Positions 18,850 through 29,512 are shown, numbered from the stretch's first letter. The stretch is DNA of 53,743 nt from Patescibacteria group bacterium (GCA_035494435.1 DATJGX010000028.1:1-53743); one strand, 5' to 3'. Numbers and translations are program-made. The notes: generated from the letters alone by a model not told the origin.

Positions 18850-19368
18850 ATGTCTGAATTACCAGAAAAACAAGTCAAACGACTAAAATCACTCATAACA
18901 GAAGCTGAAACAAACCTTGCGGCCGCAAAGGAACTCTTGATGAGCGTCCTCGGCGAAGACGACCGTGTCGTATCGAATACACATGGCGCCCGCGAGGAAG
19001 TAACCGGCAAAATCATCGAAGGTGTCTTCGATGGTCAGATCATGGCTGGACCTGACGGCAAGACCTACCCGGTTCCTGCTAACTACGCCAGCAAGTCGAA
19101 GTTGGTTGAGGGCGATATCCTCAAGCTCACAATCGCCGACGATGGCGGGTTCATCTATAAGCAGATCGGTCCTGTGCCACGTCGCCAGATCATCGGTACG
19201 CTAACACAACACGATGGTGCGTATTACGTCGAAGCAAACGGTCGTGAATACCGTATCTTGCTCGCGAGCGTCACGTACTTCCGTATCAACATCGGCGACC
19301 AGGTAACGATTATCGTTCCTGAAGATAACCCAGAAGCCACTTGGGCGGCAGTCGAAGCAGCATTGTAA
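18850..19368 (+). CDS. Hypothetical protein
   Basis: The ORF begins MSELPEKQ, 9 nt after AAGGA. It has its own promoter and terminator. No family recognised. Confidence 0.55.
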   Translation: MSELPEKQVKRLKSLITEAETNLAAAKELLMSVLGEDDRVVSNTHGAREEVTGKIIEGVFDGQIMAGPDGKTYPVPANYASKSKLVEGDILKLTIADDGGFIYKQIGPVPRRQIIGTLTQHDGAYYVEANGREYRILLASVTYFRINIGDQVTIIVPEDNPEATWAAVEAAL

Positions 19369-19384
19369 CAGCCTACGAGCACTA

Positions 19385-19416
19385 AAAATACGGCCAGACA
19401 AATGGCCGTATTTTTT
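19385..19416 (+). terminator. Intrinsic terminator
   Basis: Sequence aaaatacggcc-agacaaat-ggccgtatttttt. Confidence 0.65.
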
Positions 19417-19430
19417 GTATACTACATGTA

Positions 19431-20006
19431 ATGGCGAAAATTCATTTCAAATATGGCGCGATGAACAGCGGCAAGTCTGATACGCTGATCAAAACAGCCT
19501 ACAACTACGAAGAGCGTGGCCTGAGTATCCTGACTGTCAAACCAAAAGTTGACACTAAAGGCGATGACCGTATCGTGGCGCGCGGCGGCTACGAACGCCG
19601 AGCCGATATTCTTGCACCTGACGACATGGATCTCGAGGTGGAAATTACCAAGCGACCACGCGTGGCCTGCGTCATCGTTGACGAAGCGCAGTTTCTGACG
19701 CGCGATCAAATTAGCCAACTGTACCGCGTAGCGAAGCAACACGACATGTCCGTCATTTGCTATGGGCTGCGTGCAGACTTTCGCACAGAGCTCTTTCCGG
19801 GCAGTGAACGCTTGTTTGAGGTCGCTGACAATATCGAAAAACTACCAACCATGTGCTTTTGTGGCTCGCAGGCCGAATTCAATACACGAAAAATAAATGG
19901 CAACTACGTATTCGACGGCGACCAGGTTGCAATCGAAGATGGTACCGATATTCAATACGATTCACTGTGTGGTCGCTGCTACATCCGCGAAGGCGGCCAC
20001 ATTTAG
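19431..20006 (+). CDS. tdk: Thymidine kinase
   Basis: 191 aa with the P-loop GAMNSGKS, the motif VIVDEAQF, and a C-terminal zinc ribbon (CxxC...CxxC). Confidence 0.9.
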   Translation: MAKIHFKYGAMNSGKSDTLIKTAYNYEERGLSILTVKPKVDTKGDDRIVARGGYERRADILAPDDMDLEVEITKRPRVACVIVDEAQFLTRDQISQLYRVAKQHDMSVICYGLRADFRTELFPGSERLFEVADNIEKLPTMCFCGSQAEFNTRKINGNYVFDGDQVAIEDGTDIQYDSLCGRCYIREGGHI

Positions 20007-20067
20007 CTCGCAAAAACCACAACGGACGAGGCGCGGCAAGTAGCGTACAATAGAACCAAAGGGGAGT

Positions 20068-21489
20068 ATGAGTCAAGCGCTATATCGTAAATACCGTTCA
20101 CGGTCACTCGACGAAGTTGTCGGGCAAGATCATATTACGTCGCTGTTAAAACGAGCGATTGCCACTGATAGCGTATCGCACGCGTATTTGTTGACCGGTC
20201 CTCGTGGCGTAGGCAAAACATCGATTGCGCGTATTATCGCTCATGCCATCAATGACCTTGAGTACAGCGACGACTCGCAGCATCTTGATATTATTGAAAT
20301 CGATGCGGCTTCGAACAACGGTGTCGAAGACGTTCGCGATTTACGCGACAAAGTACATGTCGCTCCGTCCAGTGCGCGCAAAAAGATTTATATTATCGAC
20401 GAAGTTCATATGCTCTCGAAGCAAGCATTCAACGCGTTACTAAAAACCCTCGAAGAGCCGCCCGAACACGTCGTGTTCATTCTGGCGACAACCGACGTTG
20501 AAAAACTGCCTGTCACCATCGTCAGCCGCGTGCAGCGATTTAATTTTCGCGCCATCACACGCGATGATGTCGTGCGTCACTTAGCGGATATTGCCAAGAA
20601 GGAATCGATCGATATGAGCGATGAGGCATTGGCGCTCATTGCCGAACATGGCGGCGGCAGTTTCCGAGATAGTATTGGTCTACTTGACCAGCTCCGTCAC
20701 GCGAGCGATAGTCGCATCGAAGCGGAACATGTCCAGCAGGCACTCGGCATTAGCGACGAGTCATCACTACAGGCGCTCATCGCAGCGTACCGTAGCGGTG
20801 ATCTCGCCACACTGTCGGTGCGCATGAAAGAACTTGAGCAAAGCGGCATGCAGCCTTCTATCCTTACGAAGCAGTTAGTTGTATCGCTTGAATCGACTAT
20901 CACCGAACACCCCGAAGACCTCGCATTACTTGACGCATTGCTTGACGTGCCGGTGAGCCCGTATCCATATATAAAATTATTGAGCGTACTGGCCAAAAAC
21001 GCCGCGCCGACGACGCCTCGACCTACCAAGGCGCAGCCCGCGGCACAATCGAAGGTAGCGCCGCCGGCAAAACAAGCTAAAAAATCGCCTGAAAAGCCAG
21101 TGGCTACGCCAGCCGCAACACAGACCGAAAAAACTGATGAGACTCCCAAGCCTACTCCTGCTAAACAAGCAGTAATCGCCGATGGCGAACTAGAGTGGCC
21201 GGCATTTCTCGAGCAGCTGAAGTCTGAGGTAGCACTTCGAAGCTTGCTCAAGAAATCTTCGCACTTGGTTGAGGGCGACACGCTGGTTATTTTTGCCGGC
21301 AACAAATTCAACGCCGGTAAGCTCAAAGACCCGAAGCAGCTCCCAAAGCTCAGCGCTGCGCTCGAAGCACTTGGTCATGGCAACCTCGAAATCGATATTC
21401 GACCCGAACAGGAGCCGCCACGCGATTCGCGCCTGGCCGAAATTGCTGCTATCATGGGTGGAGGAGAAGAAGTAGAGTTCAATGGCTAA
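20068..21489 (+). CDS. dnaX: DNA polymerase III subunit gamma/tau
   Basis: 473 aa with the motifs YRKYRS, GPRGVGKTS, IIDEVHML and SRVQRF. Confidence 0.9.
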   Translation: MSQALYRKYRSRSLDEVVGQDHITSLLKRAIATDSVSHAYLLTGPRGVGKTSIARIIAHAINDLEYSDDSQHLDIIEIDAASNNGVEDVRDLRDKVHVAPSSARKKIYIIDEVHMLSKQAFNALLKTLEEPPEHVVFILATTDVEKLPVTIVSRVQRFNFRAITRDDVVRHLADIAKKESIDMSDEALALIAEHGGGSFRDSIGLLDQLRHASDSRIEAEHVQQALGISDESSLQALIAAYRSGDLATLSVRMKELEQSGMQPSILTKQLVVSLESTITEHPEDLALLDALLDVPVSPYPYIKLLSVLAKNAAPTTPRPTKAQPAAQSKVAPPAKQAKKSPEKPVATPAATQTEKTDETPKPTPAKQAVIADGELEWPAFLEQLKSEVALRSLLKKSSHLVEGDTLVIFAGNKFNAGKLKDPKQLPKLSAALEALGHGNLEIDIRPEQEPPRDSRLAEIAAIMGGGEEVEFNG

Positions 21490-22831
21490 AAAAGACGTCG
21501 CTGCTGGCAAAATTCCGCCACAAAATCTTGATGCTGAGAAAAGTTTGCTCGGCGCATGTTTAATTGACGAAGACGCGATTGCCGATATTGCTGAACTCGT
21601 ACGTTCTGATGACTTTTATGACAAACAACACGGCTTGGTCTATGGCGGCATGATGCGCCTATATGAAAAGCACAAGCCGGTCGACCTGCTGACACTGACA
21701 GACGAACTCAAAAAGAAGGATGAAATCGACGCCGTAGGCGGTTCAGCATTTTTGACGGAGCTGACGAACTATGTGCCGTCAGCTGCACATGCTCGTAGTT
21801 ATGCCGAGATCGTTGCATCAAACGCCGTACGCCGACGACTTATCAAGGCAAGCGCTGATATTTCCGAACTTGGCTTCGATGACGACACGACGACCCAGGA
21901 ATTGCTTGAAAAAGCCGAAGCAGAACTATTTAGCGTCAGCGACCAGTCGCTCAAGCAAGATTTGGTCAGCCTGGAAAGTATCTTGACCGAGAGCTTCGAC
22001 CGCATCGAAGAGCTTCACCGTAACAAAGGCGAGCTTCGCGGTATTCGTACCGGCTACCGTGACCTCGATAACATGACGGCGGGCCTGCAGCGAAGCGACC
22101 TTATCATTCTAGCGGCCCGACCTGCCATGGGTAAGACCACTCTGGTGACCAACTTGGCATACAACGTCGCGACGATCGCAAAACAACCTGTGCTATTCTT
22201 TTCTCTGGAGATGAGCAAGGAGCAGCTGGTCGACCGTATGCTTGCCGACGCATCAGGTGTCGATAGTTGGAATATTCGTACCGGAAATTTGAGCGATGAA
22301 GATTTTGGAAAATTGTCTGAAGCAATGGGCGAAATGGCTGAAGCGCCGATTTATATCGACGATACGCCAGGCCTGAGTGTGCTCGAAATGCGCACGAAAG
22401 CGCGCCGCAAACACCACGAGCAGCCACTGGGACTTATCATCGTCGACTACCTGCAGCTTATGCAGGCAGCCGGCAATCACCAGGGAAACCGCGTGCAGGA
22501 AGTGTCAGAAATTTCGCGTGGCCTTAAGCTTATCGCTCGTGAGCTCAATGTGCCGTTAATTGCCCTCAGCCAGCTCTCACGTTCTGTTGAAACTCGTACG
22601 CCGCCGATTCCACAGCTTTCAGACTTGCGAGAATCGGGTTCAATCGAGCAAGATGCCGACATCGTCAGCTTTATTTATCGTCCCGGCTATTACGAACCTG
22701 ATAACCCCGAAGTGCAGAATATTACCGACTTAATCATTGCTAAGCACCGTAACGGCCCCGTCGGAAAAGTCCAACTTTACTTCCACCCGGAGCGCCTGCG
22801 CTTCATGTCGCTCGACCGCAAGCACGAGTAG
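21482..22831 (+). CDS. dnaB: Replicative DNA helicase DnaB
   Basis: 449 aa with PPQNLDAEKSLLG, Walker A ARPAMGKT, and the IIVDYLQLM and SQLSR motifs. It overlaps dnaX by 8 nt. Confidence 0.95.
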   Translation: MAKKDVAAGKIPPQNLDAEKSLLGACLIDEDAIADIAELVRSDDFYDKQHGLVYGGMMRLYEKHKPVDLLTLTDELKKKDEIDAVGGSAFLTELTNYVPSAAHARSYAEIVASNAVRRRLIKASADISELGFDDDTTTQELLEKAEAELFSVSDQSLKQDLVSLESILTESFDRIEELHRNKGELRGIRTGYRDLDNMTAGLQRSDLIILAARPAMGKTTLVTNLAYNVATIAKQPVLFFSLEMSKEQLVDRMLADASGVDSWNIRTGNLSDEDFGKLSEAMGEMAEAPIYIDDTPGLSVLEMRTKARRKHHEQPLGLIIVDYLQLMQAAGNHQGNRVQEVSEISRGLKLIARELNVPLIALSQLSRSVETRTPPIPQLSDLRESGSIEQDADIVSFIYRPGYYEPDNPEVQNITDLIIAKHRNGPVGKVQLYFHPERLRFMSLDRKHE

Positions 22832-22855
22832 CTGTGGTAAAATGGTGGGCAGTAT

Positions 22856-24310
22856 ATGAAAAAGAATGTCACCGAATACGTCCTATATCGTTGGCGTTAC
22901 ATCATTGGCTATACACTTGCAGCAATCCTGGTTACGGCGATTTTCGTATTCGCCGCCTTTTTGCTGCCTGACGGTCTACGTGCCGAGGAAAAAGCGACCG
23001 CGGTCGCTAGTGGTTCATTTACGTACGGCACGTTCAATCCCGATCTCGTCGCCAACCTTCCGTACCATTTGCTGCAACGTACGTCATTCGCGCTACTCGA
23101 TGTATCGACCTTTACGATTAAGCTACCGTCAATTATTCTCGGCGTGGTAACGATTTATGGTGTGTTTTTGTTGCTTCGCCAATGGTTCAAGCCCAATGTC
23201 GCCATTATTACCGGTATCATCACGACTACTATACCCGCGATGATATTCGCAGCCCAAGACGGTACGCCGACGATATTCATGCTAGCGGTGTCTGTCTGGC
23301 TTTTGCTGAGTGCCACACACGTGACAAGGCGACATAAGCCTGAACTGGTATGGAAACTGCTTGCCGTGGTACTACTGAGCCTGAACATGTATATTCCTCT
23401 GGGCATCTATCTTAACCTCGCCGTCCTCACCACCATGATCTTCCACCCGCACATCCGGCTGGTGATGCGGCGCATGAATATTCATCACATTCTTATCGCC
23501 ATTGGGCTGAGTCTGATTGTCATGGCGCCCCTAGTATATAGCTTGACATCCAAGCCAGAAGTCGGCGAACAGCTCTTAGGTATACCCGAGAACATCGGCA
23601 GCCTGAAAGCTGCGCTGGTGTCCTTTGCTGCGCTGATATTCGGCTCGTATGCACCGGGCAAAGAAGTGGTTGCACCGCAGCTACTCTCACTCGGTACTAC
23701 TGCGGTGGTAATCATCGGTATTATTCGTTTTCTTATGATTAAACACACGGCGCGCAGTTATATCATTTGGTTCTGGGCGCTGACACTCATTCCTCTCGTA
23801 GTGCTGAATCAGCAGTATGTCAGTTATTTGCTGCCGTTGGTCGTATTGATGCTTGCTATGGGAATCAATACGCTGATCCGTGAGTGGTACCGTATGTTCC
23901 CGCACAATCCCTACGCGCGCGTGGTTGGATTATTGCCGCTCAGCGTGATTGTCGTCGGTCTGGTACTCTCAGGTATCGCTCGCTACGAAATCGCCTACAA
24001 CTACACGCCGTCGACCGCTACCGATTTCGATAACGACACGCAGTTATTGCCTAAGGCAGTAGCTGCTGCAGATAGGGTAGGTGACAATACCGTTTCTGTC
24101 GTCGTCAACCAGCCAGACATGCCATACTACCTGCTACTAGCTCGCTATAATGGACACTTCAAGCCAACTACCTCACTCGACGTACCGACGCCTGTCGTCG
24201 TCAGTGGCGACTATGCGGGCCGAAGCCGTATCCAGAAGGCGCCGACCGAAGTCTTTACGAGCCGCCTGCAAGAACGAAGCGATCGCTTCTACCTCTATAC
24301 ATCTCTGTAA
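22856..24310 (+). CDS. Polytopic membrane protein, ArnT/PMT (GT39/GT83)-like glycosyltransferase (tentative)
   Basis: 484 aa with about 10 or more predicted TM helices and a soluble C-terminal domain. The assignment rests on architecture only. Confidence 0.45.
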   Translation: MKKNVTEYVLYRWRYIIGYTLAAILVTAIFVFAAFLLPDGLRAEEKATAVASGSFTYGTFNPDLVANLPYHLLQRTSFALLDVSTFTIKLPSIILGVVTIYGVFLLLRQWFKPNVAIITGIITTTIPAMIFAAQDGTPTIFMLAVSVWLLLSATHVTRRHKPELVWKLLAVVLLSLNMYIPLGIYLNLAVLTTMIFHPHIRLVMRRMNIHHILIAIGLSLIVMAPLVYSLTSKPEVGEQLLGIPENIGSLKAALVSFAALIFGSYAPGKEVVAPQLLSLGTTAVVIIGIIRFLMIKHTARSYIIWFWALTLIPLVVLNQQYVSYLLPLVVLMLAMGINTLIREWYRMFPHNPYARVVGLLPLSVIVVGLVLSGIARYEIAYNYTPSTATDFDNDTQLLPKAVAAADRVGDNTVSVVVNQPDMPYYLLLARYNGHFKPTTSLDVPTPVVVSGDYAGRSRIQKAPTEVFTSRLQERSDRFYLYTSL

Positions 24311-24351
24311 TAATCACGTACAATAAGACGAGCAAATTATAGGAGGAATAT

Positions 24352-24642
24352 ATGGCCCTTGACCAAATGAAAATGCTCAACGACCTACGTAAGGCACAAA
24401 AATCCCTCGCGAAAGAGATCGTTGAAGTTGAAGCAGGTGACGGTGCGGTACTCGTACAGATTACCGGCGAGTTGAAAGTAAAGTCAATCAAAATCGACCC
24501 AGCGTATGTTGATCTTGAAGACATCGAAGAGCTCGAGCACTGGCTCGAAATCGCAATTCGTGACGGCATGGCAAAAGCACAAGAAATTGCAGCCGAAAAA
24601 ATGAAGCCGCTCATGGGTGGCCTCGGCAACCTAGGTCTATAG
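24352..24642 (+). CDS. ybaB: YbaB/EbfC nucleoid-associated protein
   Basis: 96 aa with a YbaB-like pattern (MLNDLRKAQ..., V.V.I.G..KV.SIKIDP). Confidence 0.85.
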   Translation: MALDQMKMLNDLRKAQKSLAKEIVEVEAGDGAVLVQITGELKVKSIKIDPAYVDLEDIEELEHWLEIAIRDGMAKAQEIAAEKMKPLMGGLGNLGL

Positions 24643-24655
24643 GACACACCGTAGC

Positions 24656-25273
24656 ATGGCGCAGCTTCTTCCGAGTGCACTTCTCGAAGTTATTGATGCG
24701 TTTGGCCGCCTGCCAGGCGTTGGCGCACGTACCGCAGAGCGATATGCGTATTTTTTACTGCGCGCCAAACCACAGACCGCTGCTGAACTTGCACGCGCCA
24801 TCGAGCAGCTACAGTCTGGCGTAAAAGTGTGTCCGCGCACCTTTGCGCTGATTAATCCCGACGAGGATGTTTCGCCGCTATACAGCAATCGCGATCGCAA
24901 CAAGAAAATGGTCGCTATCGTGGAGGAGCCACTTGACGTCGTCGCGCTTGAGCGCACAAATAAGTTCACCGGCACCTATCATGTACTTGGCGGTGTCATT
25001 TCGCCAATCGACGGTATCGGTCCCGAACAACTCCATATTCCCGAGCTGTTAGCGCGCCTTAAAGACGATGCAGTCGAAGAGGTGATTATTGCGACAAATG
25101 CTAGCGTCGAGGGAGAATCGACAGCGCTGTTTATTCAGCGTCAAATCAGCGATGCCGGAATTGACACCCAGGTCTCTCGGCTTGCGCGCGGCATACCGGT
25201 CGGCGTCGATCTTGAGTATGCCGATCAAATCACGCTGTCGCACGCGCTCGAAGGACGCCGAAAGCTAAACTAA
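24656..25273 (+). CDS. recR: Recombination protein RecR
   Basis: 205 aa with the motif LPGVGARTAERYA and a Toprim segment. Confidence 0.95.
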   Translation: MAQLLPSALLEVIDAFGRLPGVGARTAERYAYFLLRAKPQTAAELARAIEQLQSGVKVCPRTFALINPDEDVSPLYSNRDRNKKMVAIVEEPLDVVALERTNKFTGTYHVLGGVISPIDGIGPEQLHIPELLARLKDDAVEEVIIATNASVEGESTALFIQRQISDAGIDTQVSRLARGIPVGVDLEYADQITLSHALEGRRKLN

Positions 25274-25635
25274 TACTCGCCGGCTCGTGAATCGGCCTTG
25301 AAGTATTCGATCGCTTCCCGATACGGTTGCATAAAGACGTCTTCGATAATTTCATCGAGACGTTGGCCGAGCACCTGAATCACCGCAGGATCGTCGCTCA
25401 TGACAGCTTCGAGTAAACCCTGTTCGAGCGCACGTCGGGCTGTGCCGACGATGATGGGCTCTGCGTATACGTCCCAACCAATAGCTTCGTGAAGATGCGA
25501 TAGTGCCGAACTGTCCATATGAATGCGCACTCGAATCAATTCGATCAACCGCTCGGTTGCACGCTGCGCTTCGGTACTATCAGCTGTCTCGCCGATAAAG
25601 CGCATGGTGTTCTCTATAGGTTGTTCTCGCCACAT
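25270..25635 (-). CDS. Hypothetical protein
   Basis: 121-aa ORF convergent with recR (4-nt overlap of the stops). No family recognised. Confidence 0.5.
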   Translation of the reverse strand: MWREQPIENTMRFIGETADSTEAQRATERLIELIRVRIHMDSSALSHLHEAIGWDVYAEPIIVGTARRALEQGLLEAVMSDDPAVIQVLGQRLDEIIEDVFMQPYREAIEYFKADSRAGEY

Positions 25636-25722
25636 AGCTCTTTAGTATAGCGTCACGGTCTGCGTCCGGCAATCTTTACGCAGGCACAAAAGTGTTTGCT
25701 CTATATCTGTTACAATAGAGCT

Positions 25723-26712
25723 ATGTTTGAGACCGCAAAACAGCGCATTGAAGCTGCAAAACACATTATTATCATCCAGGCCGAAAATCCAGACGGTGAC
25801 AGTATCGGCTCGAGTCTGGCGCTTGAAGAAATTCTGAGCGATTTAGGCAAAGACGTTACGATGTACTGCCCAGTCGACGTACCGAAATACCTTCGGTATT
25901 TTTCAGGTTGGGATCGTATCGTTAACGAGTTCGACACACGCTCGGATCTTGCGATTATCGTCGATACCTCAGCCGATGTACTACTTGGCAAGGTGCTCGA
26001 GAGTCGGGGCGTACGACACTATTTGGAAACGCATCCTGTGCTCGTGCTCGATCATCACGCGACGGATAGCACGCTCAGTTTTGAGCACGATATGGTCAAT
26101 ATGCCGGTCGTGGCTACGGGAGAACTGATCTATAACCTCGCAGCAGCATGTGGCTGGAGTATTAATTCACTTGCGGCCGAAGACATGTTAGCGGCCATGA
26201 TGAGCGATAGCTTGGGGCTTACGACACCAGGCACGACTGCTAATTCATTTTTCGTCGCTGGCAAGCTTACCGAGCTTGGTGCGTCAAACGCCGCAATCGA
26301 AGAACGTCGCCGCGAATTCATGAAAAAATCACCTGAAATTCTAGCCTACAAAGGCAAGCTCATCGAACGCGTCGAGTATATGCTCGATGGCAAATTAGCG
26401 CTCGTTCACGTACCATTCGAAGAAATCGAGCAGTACTCAGACCAATACAATCCAGGTGCGCTGATTGGCGATGAACTACGGCTTGTTCAGGGCGTCGAAG
26501 TCAGCTGTGTCATTAAGACATATCCAGACGGTAAGCTAACCGCACGCCTACGCTCAAGGCTACCAGTATCTGAAACGATCTCTGGTTACTTCGGTGGTGG
26601 TGGTCATGCACATGCTGCAGGCTTTCGCGTTTACGAATCATACGACACCGTCATTCACGAGTTAGTCGAAGCAACCGACAAAGCAATTGCGTCACACGAG
26701 GCATCGGCGTGA
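25723..26712 (+). CDS. DHH/DHHA1 phosphoesterase (NrnA-like oligoribonuclease / pAp phosphatase)
   Basis: Motifs present are DGDSIGS, LDHH and GGGGHAHAAG. ATG at 25723 lies 6 nt after TACAAT, which looks like a leaderless start. Confidence 0.8.
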   Translation: MFETAKQRIEAAKHIIIIQAENPDGDSIGSSLALEEILSDLGKDVTMYCPVDVPKYLRYFSGWDRIVNEFDTRSDLAIIVDTSADVLLGKVLESRGVRHYLETHPVLVLDHHATDSTLSFEHDMVNMPVVATGELIYNLAAACGWSINSLAAEDMLAAMMSDSLGLTTPGTTANSFFVAGKLTELGASNAAIEERRREFMKKSPEILAYKGKLIERVEYMLDGKLALVHVPFEEIEQYSDQYNPGALIGDELRLVQGVEVSCVIKTYPDGKLTARLRSRLPVSETISGYFGGGGHAHAAGFRVYESYDTVIHELVEATDKAIASHEASA

Positions 26713-28139
26713 AGCTCCACAATACGATGAGCCGCAAAGTCGAGCAGCTACAGCCGCTCGTCGCAGATCGCGTATCACTCTATACCTGTGGACTAACCGT
26801 ATACAGCCAGCCTCATATCGGAAATTGGCTTGGCTATATTTACTGGGATGTACTAGTACGCTCACTCAGAGCAGAAGGCTACACCGTCGAACGTACGCAG
26901 AATATCACCGATGTCGGTCACTTAGTTAGTGATGATGATAACGGCGAAGATAAGATGGAAAAGGGCGCACGACGCGAAGGTGTGAGCGCCTGGGATATCG
27001 CGAAAAAATATAGTGCGGTAGCCGAACACGAAGCCTATGAGCTCCTCGATCTCATACGGCCCGACCATCTTGTCGCCGCCACGAGCTGTATCGACGAGCA
27101 GATTGCTTTTGCACGTGAGCTCGAGGAAAAAGGCTACTTATACCGAACAAGTGACGGCATGTACTTCGACACGGGTAAACTTTCAGACTACGGCAAATTA
27201 GCGCGCCTCGATGCAGTCGAGCTACAGGCTGGCGCACGCGTAGACATGGCAGAAAAAAAGAATCCGACAGACTTTGCGGTATGGAAGTTTTCGCCAACAG
27301 ACGCCAAGCGCGACATGGAATGGGATAGTCCGTGGGGCGTTGGGTTTCCAGGTTGGCACCTAGAGTGTAGCGTTATCGCCCGCACCACACTCGGCGACCG
27401 CATCGATATACACACCGGTGGAATCGACCACATCCCAGTACACCACACCAACGAAATCGCTCAGACCGAAAGCCTCACCGGACAGCCATTTGCCAGTATA
27501 TGGGTGCACAATAATCATATAAAAGTCGACTCACAGAAGATGGCCAAGTCGCTACACAACACGTATACGCTCCAAGACATTATCGACAAAGGCTTTGAGA
27601 TTGATGCGTACAAGCTGATGGTGCTGAGCAAGCATTACCGAACCGAAGGAAACTTTACTTGGGATATTTTAGCGGCCTCGCAAAATCGACTCCGAAATTG
27701 GCGCGGTATTGCCGCACTCAGGCATCAAATACACGATACGCTTCGAGACGACGACGAAAAAGCAGGGGATTCAGACTCTCTGACGCTCCTTGCGACACCA
27801 CACGCTATCCTTGAACGGCTATCTGATGATCTCGATACGCCAGGCGCATTAGCGCTCATCGATGAAGCGTTTTCACGGCTTGAGCATGCGCACAGCGAGA
27901 TGATTCACCGTCAGTCGCTCGTTGAACTACTTGAATCGATAGACGGCCTTCTAGGTTTGCATCTTATGCAAAGTACGCCAGATATTTCAGACGAGCAGAA
28001 ACAACTGATTTTGCAGCGCACACGCGTCCGCGAAGAAAAGAATTGGCAGCGCAGTGATGAGCTCCGTGACGAACTGTCAGTAGAAGGCATCGCGCTCAAC
28101 GACACCGCGCACGGTACCATTTGGTCATACACTGACTAG
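26709..28139 (+). CDS. cysS: Cysteine--tRNA ligase
   Basis: 476 aa with the HIGN signature (PHIGNWLGY) and the KMAKS (KMSKS-type) motif. The GTG start overlaps the upstream stop. Confidence 0.95.
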   Translation: MKLHNTMSRKVEQLQPLVADRVSLYTCGLTVYSQPHIGNWLGYIYWDVLVRSLRAEGYTVERTQNITDVGHLVSDDDNGEDKMEKGARREGVSAWDIAKKYSAVAEHEAYELLDLIRPDHLVAATSCIDEQIAFARELEEKGYLYRTSDGMYFDTGKLSDYGKLARLDAVELQAGARVDMAEKKNPTDFAVWKFSPTDAKRDMEWDSPWGVGFPGWHLECSVIARTTLGDRIDIHTGGIDHIPVHHTNEIAQTESLTGQPFASIWVHNNHIKVDSQKMAKSLHNTYTLQDIIDKGFEIDAYKLMVLSKHYRTEGNFTWDILAASQNRLRNWRGIAALRHQIHDTLRDDDEKAGDSDSLTLLATPHAILERLSDDLDTPGALALIDEAFSRLEHAHSEMIHRQSLVELLESIDGLLGLHLMQSTPDISDEQKQLILQRTRVREEKNWQRSDELRDELSVEGIALNDTAHGTIWSYTD

Positions 28140-28153
28140 CTAGTAGTTGCCGG

Positions 28154-29287
28154 TTAGTCTTCGCCTTGCAGCTTTTTCATCAATTTATGAATTGGCTGCT
28201 TAGAGTGTTCACGTTTTGTTTTGCTACGCTCAAGATAGTCTTCGAGCAGTACTTTCACGCATCCAGCGATAGGAATTGAAATAATACCGCCGGCTAGCCC
28301 GAATAAATACAGACCGATCGTTACCGAACCAAGAACCGTAAGCGGCGAGAGTTCGACATACTTTGACTGAATCGCAGGCGAGATAAAATTATTTTCGACC
28401 TGCTGATACACGATGAAGAATATGGCGAAGATAATCGCGGCAGGCAGGCTATTGACCAAAAGCAGCAAGGTAATCAACGTACCGCCAATCGTCGCACCGA
28501 ACATCGGAATCAGCGAAAACAGGAACGCGATCGCGATCGCAGGTGGCGCTAAACTAGTGTCGATTGCCTCGATAAACATACTGATTGCAAACACAGCCGA
28601 GCCACTCGCCAGGGCGCCGATACCCGATACGGTAAGCTGCCCCGTAACGTATCCTGTCACAACACGGTGCATGCGGGTCACGACCTTGCGGTGAGCCTCC
28701 ATCGTCTCCTGGTCATCATATAGTCGCCAGATACGCTTCATCCACTCAGGACCTTCGAGCAACATCAAAAACGACAATACAATCGTCAGAACAATTGCGC
28801 CAAGAAGTGCCACGAATGAGCCGACCTGCGATAACACGCCTGAGCTCAGATGCGAGAGCCAGTTCGTTGAATCGGCCTTTATGGTCGCCAGAGCGCTATC
28901 GATTTGCGGCTGCAACTGATATTTGTCGATAAAGTCAGCTACGCCACTCCACTGTGATGAAAATGACTGGACTAGTTGTGGCGCATTATTAATAAGTTTG
29001 ATCGTTTGCTGCGCAATCGGTGGCGCCACGATAAACAACAGTGCGCCGAGCGAAATAATCACCGCCAAAAACGCGATGGCGGTAGCCAATAGCCGACTCT
29101 TGCCGGGAATGTGGCGACTCAAGATACCAACTGGACCACTCAGAGCGAGTGCAAGAAACGCCGAACTCGCCAATATAACGATTGCGGCCCACGACAGATA
29201 GATCAGATAGATCGCAAACACGAACCCGATCACGACCAGCCAAAAACGAACAAATGTTTTTGTGTCGATTTCGATGTGGAGCTTCAT
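28154..29287 (-). CDS. AI-2E family (PerM-like) transporter
   Basis: 377 aa with about 8 TM helices and an AI-2E-like layout. Confidence 0.75.
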   Translation of the reverse strand: MKLHIEIDTKTFVRFWLVVIGFVFAIYLIYLSWAAIVILASSAFLALALSGPVGILSRHIPGKSRLLATAIAFLAVIISLGALLFIVAPPIAQQTIKLINNAPQLVQSFSSQWSGVADFIDKYQLQPQIDSALATIKADSTNWLSHLSSGVLSQVGSFVALLGAIVLTIVLSFLMLLEGPEWMKRIWRLYDDQETMEAHRKVVTRMHRVVTGYVTGQLTVSGIGALASGSAVFAISMFIEAIDTSLAPPAIAIAFLFSLIPMFGATIGGTLITLLLLVNSLPAAIIFAIFFIVYQQVENNFISPAIQSKYVELSPLTVLGSVTIGLYLFGLAGGIISIPIAGCVKVLLEDYLERSKTKREHSKQPIHKLMKKLQGED

Positions 29288-29311
29288 GGGCTTAGTATAC
29301 TACAGTTTTGA

Positions 29312-29512
29312 TTACCAAGGGGTGGTTGTAATAAAAGCAAGCAGGAGCAAGAGCACAACTGCGAGTGCCGCAACAATAAAAGGCACACGGTTCGGGTAGT
29401 AGTCAACGCGAGTGACGCTACGTGTGGTAGCGCGTTTCGCTGGTGCGCGACGAACAGTTGTCGTCTTCTTAGTCGTTTTTGATTTCGTCGAGGTTTTTTT
29501 CGTTGTAGCCAT
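29312..29512 (-). CDS. Small Lys/Thr-rich tail-anchored membrane protein
   Basis: 66 aa. A basic N-terminus (TKKTSTKSKTTKK) is followed by one C-terminal TM helix. Confidence 0.5.
   Translation of the reverse strand: MATTKKTSTKSKTTKKTTTVRRAPAKRATTRSVTRVDYYPNRVPFIVAALAVVLLLLLAFITTTPW

Noticed and set aside
20697-21326. 209-aa ORF antisense to dnaX, together with similar long antisense ORFs (13849-14403 in thyA, 15432-15938 in dcd, 47408-48148 in atpD, 50855-51463 in atpF, 12788-13270 in rplA)
   Set aside because: Each lies fully inside a confidently identified gene on the other strand, and their products are low-complexity.
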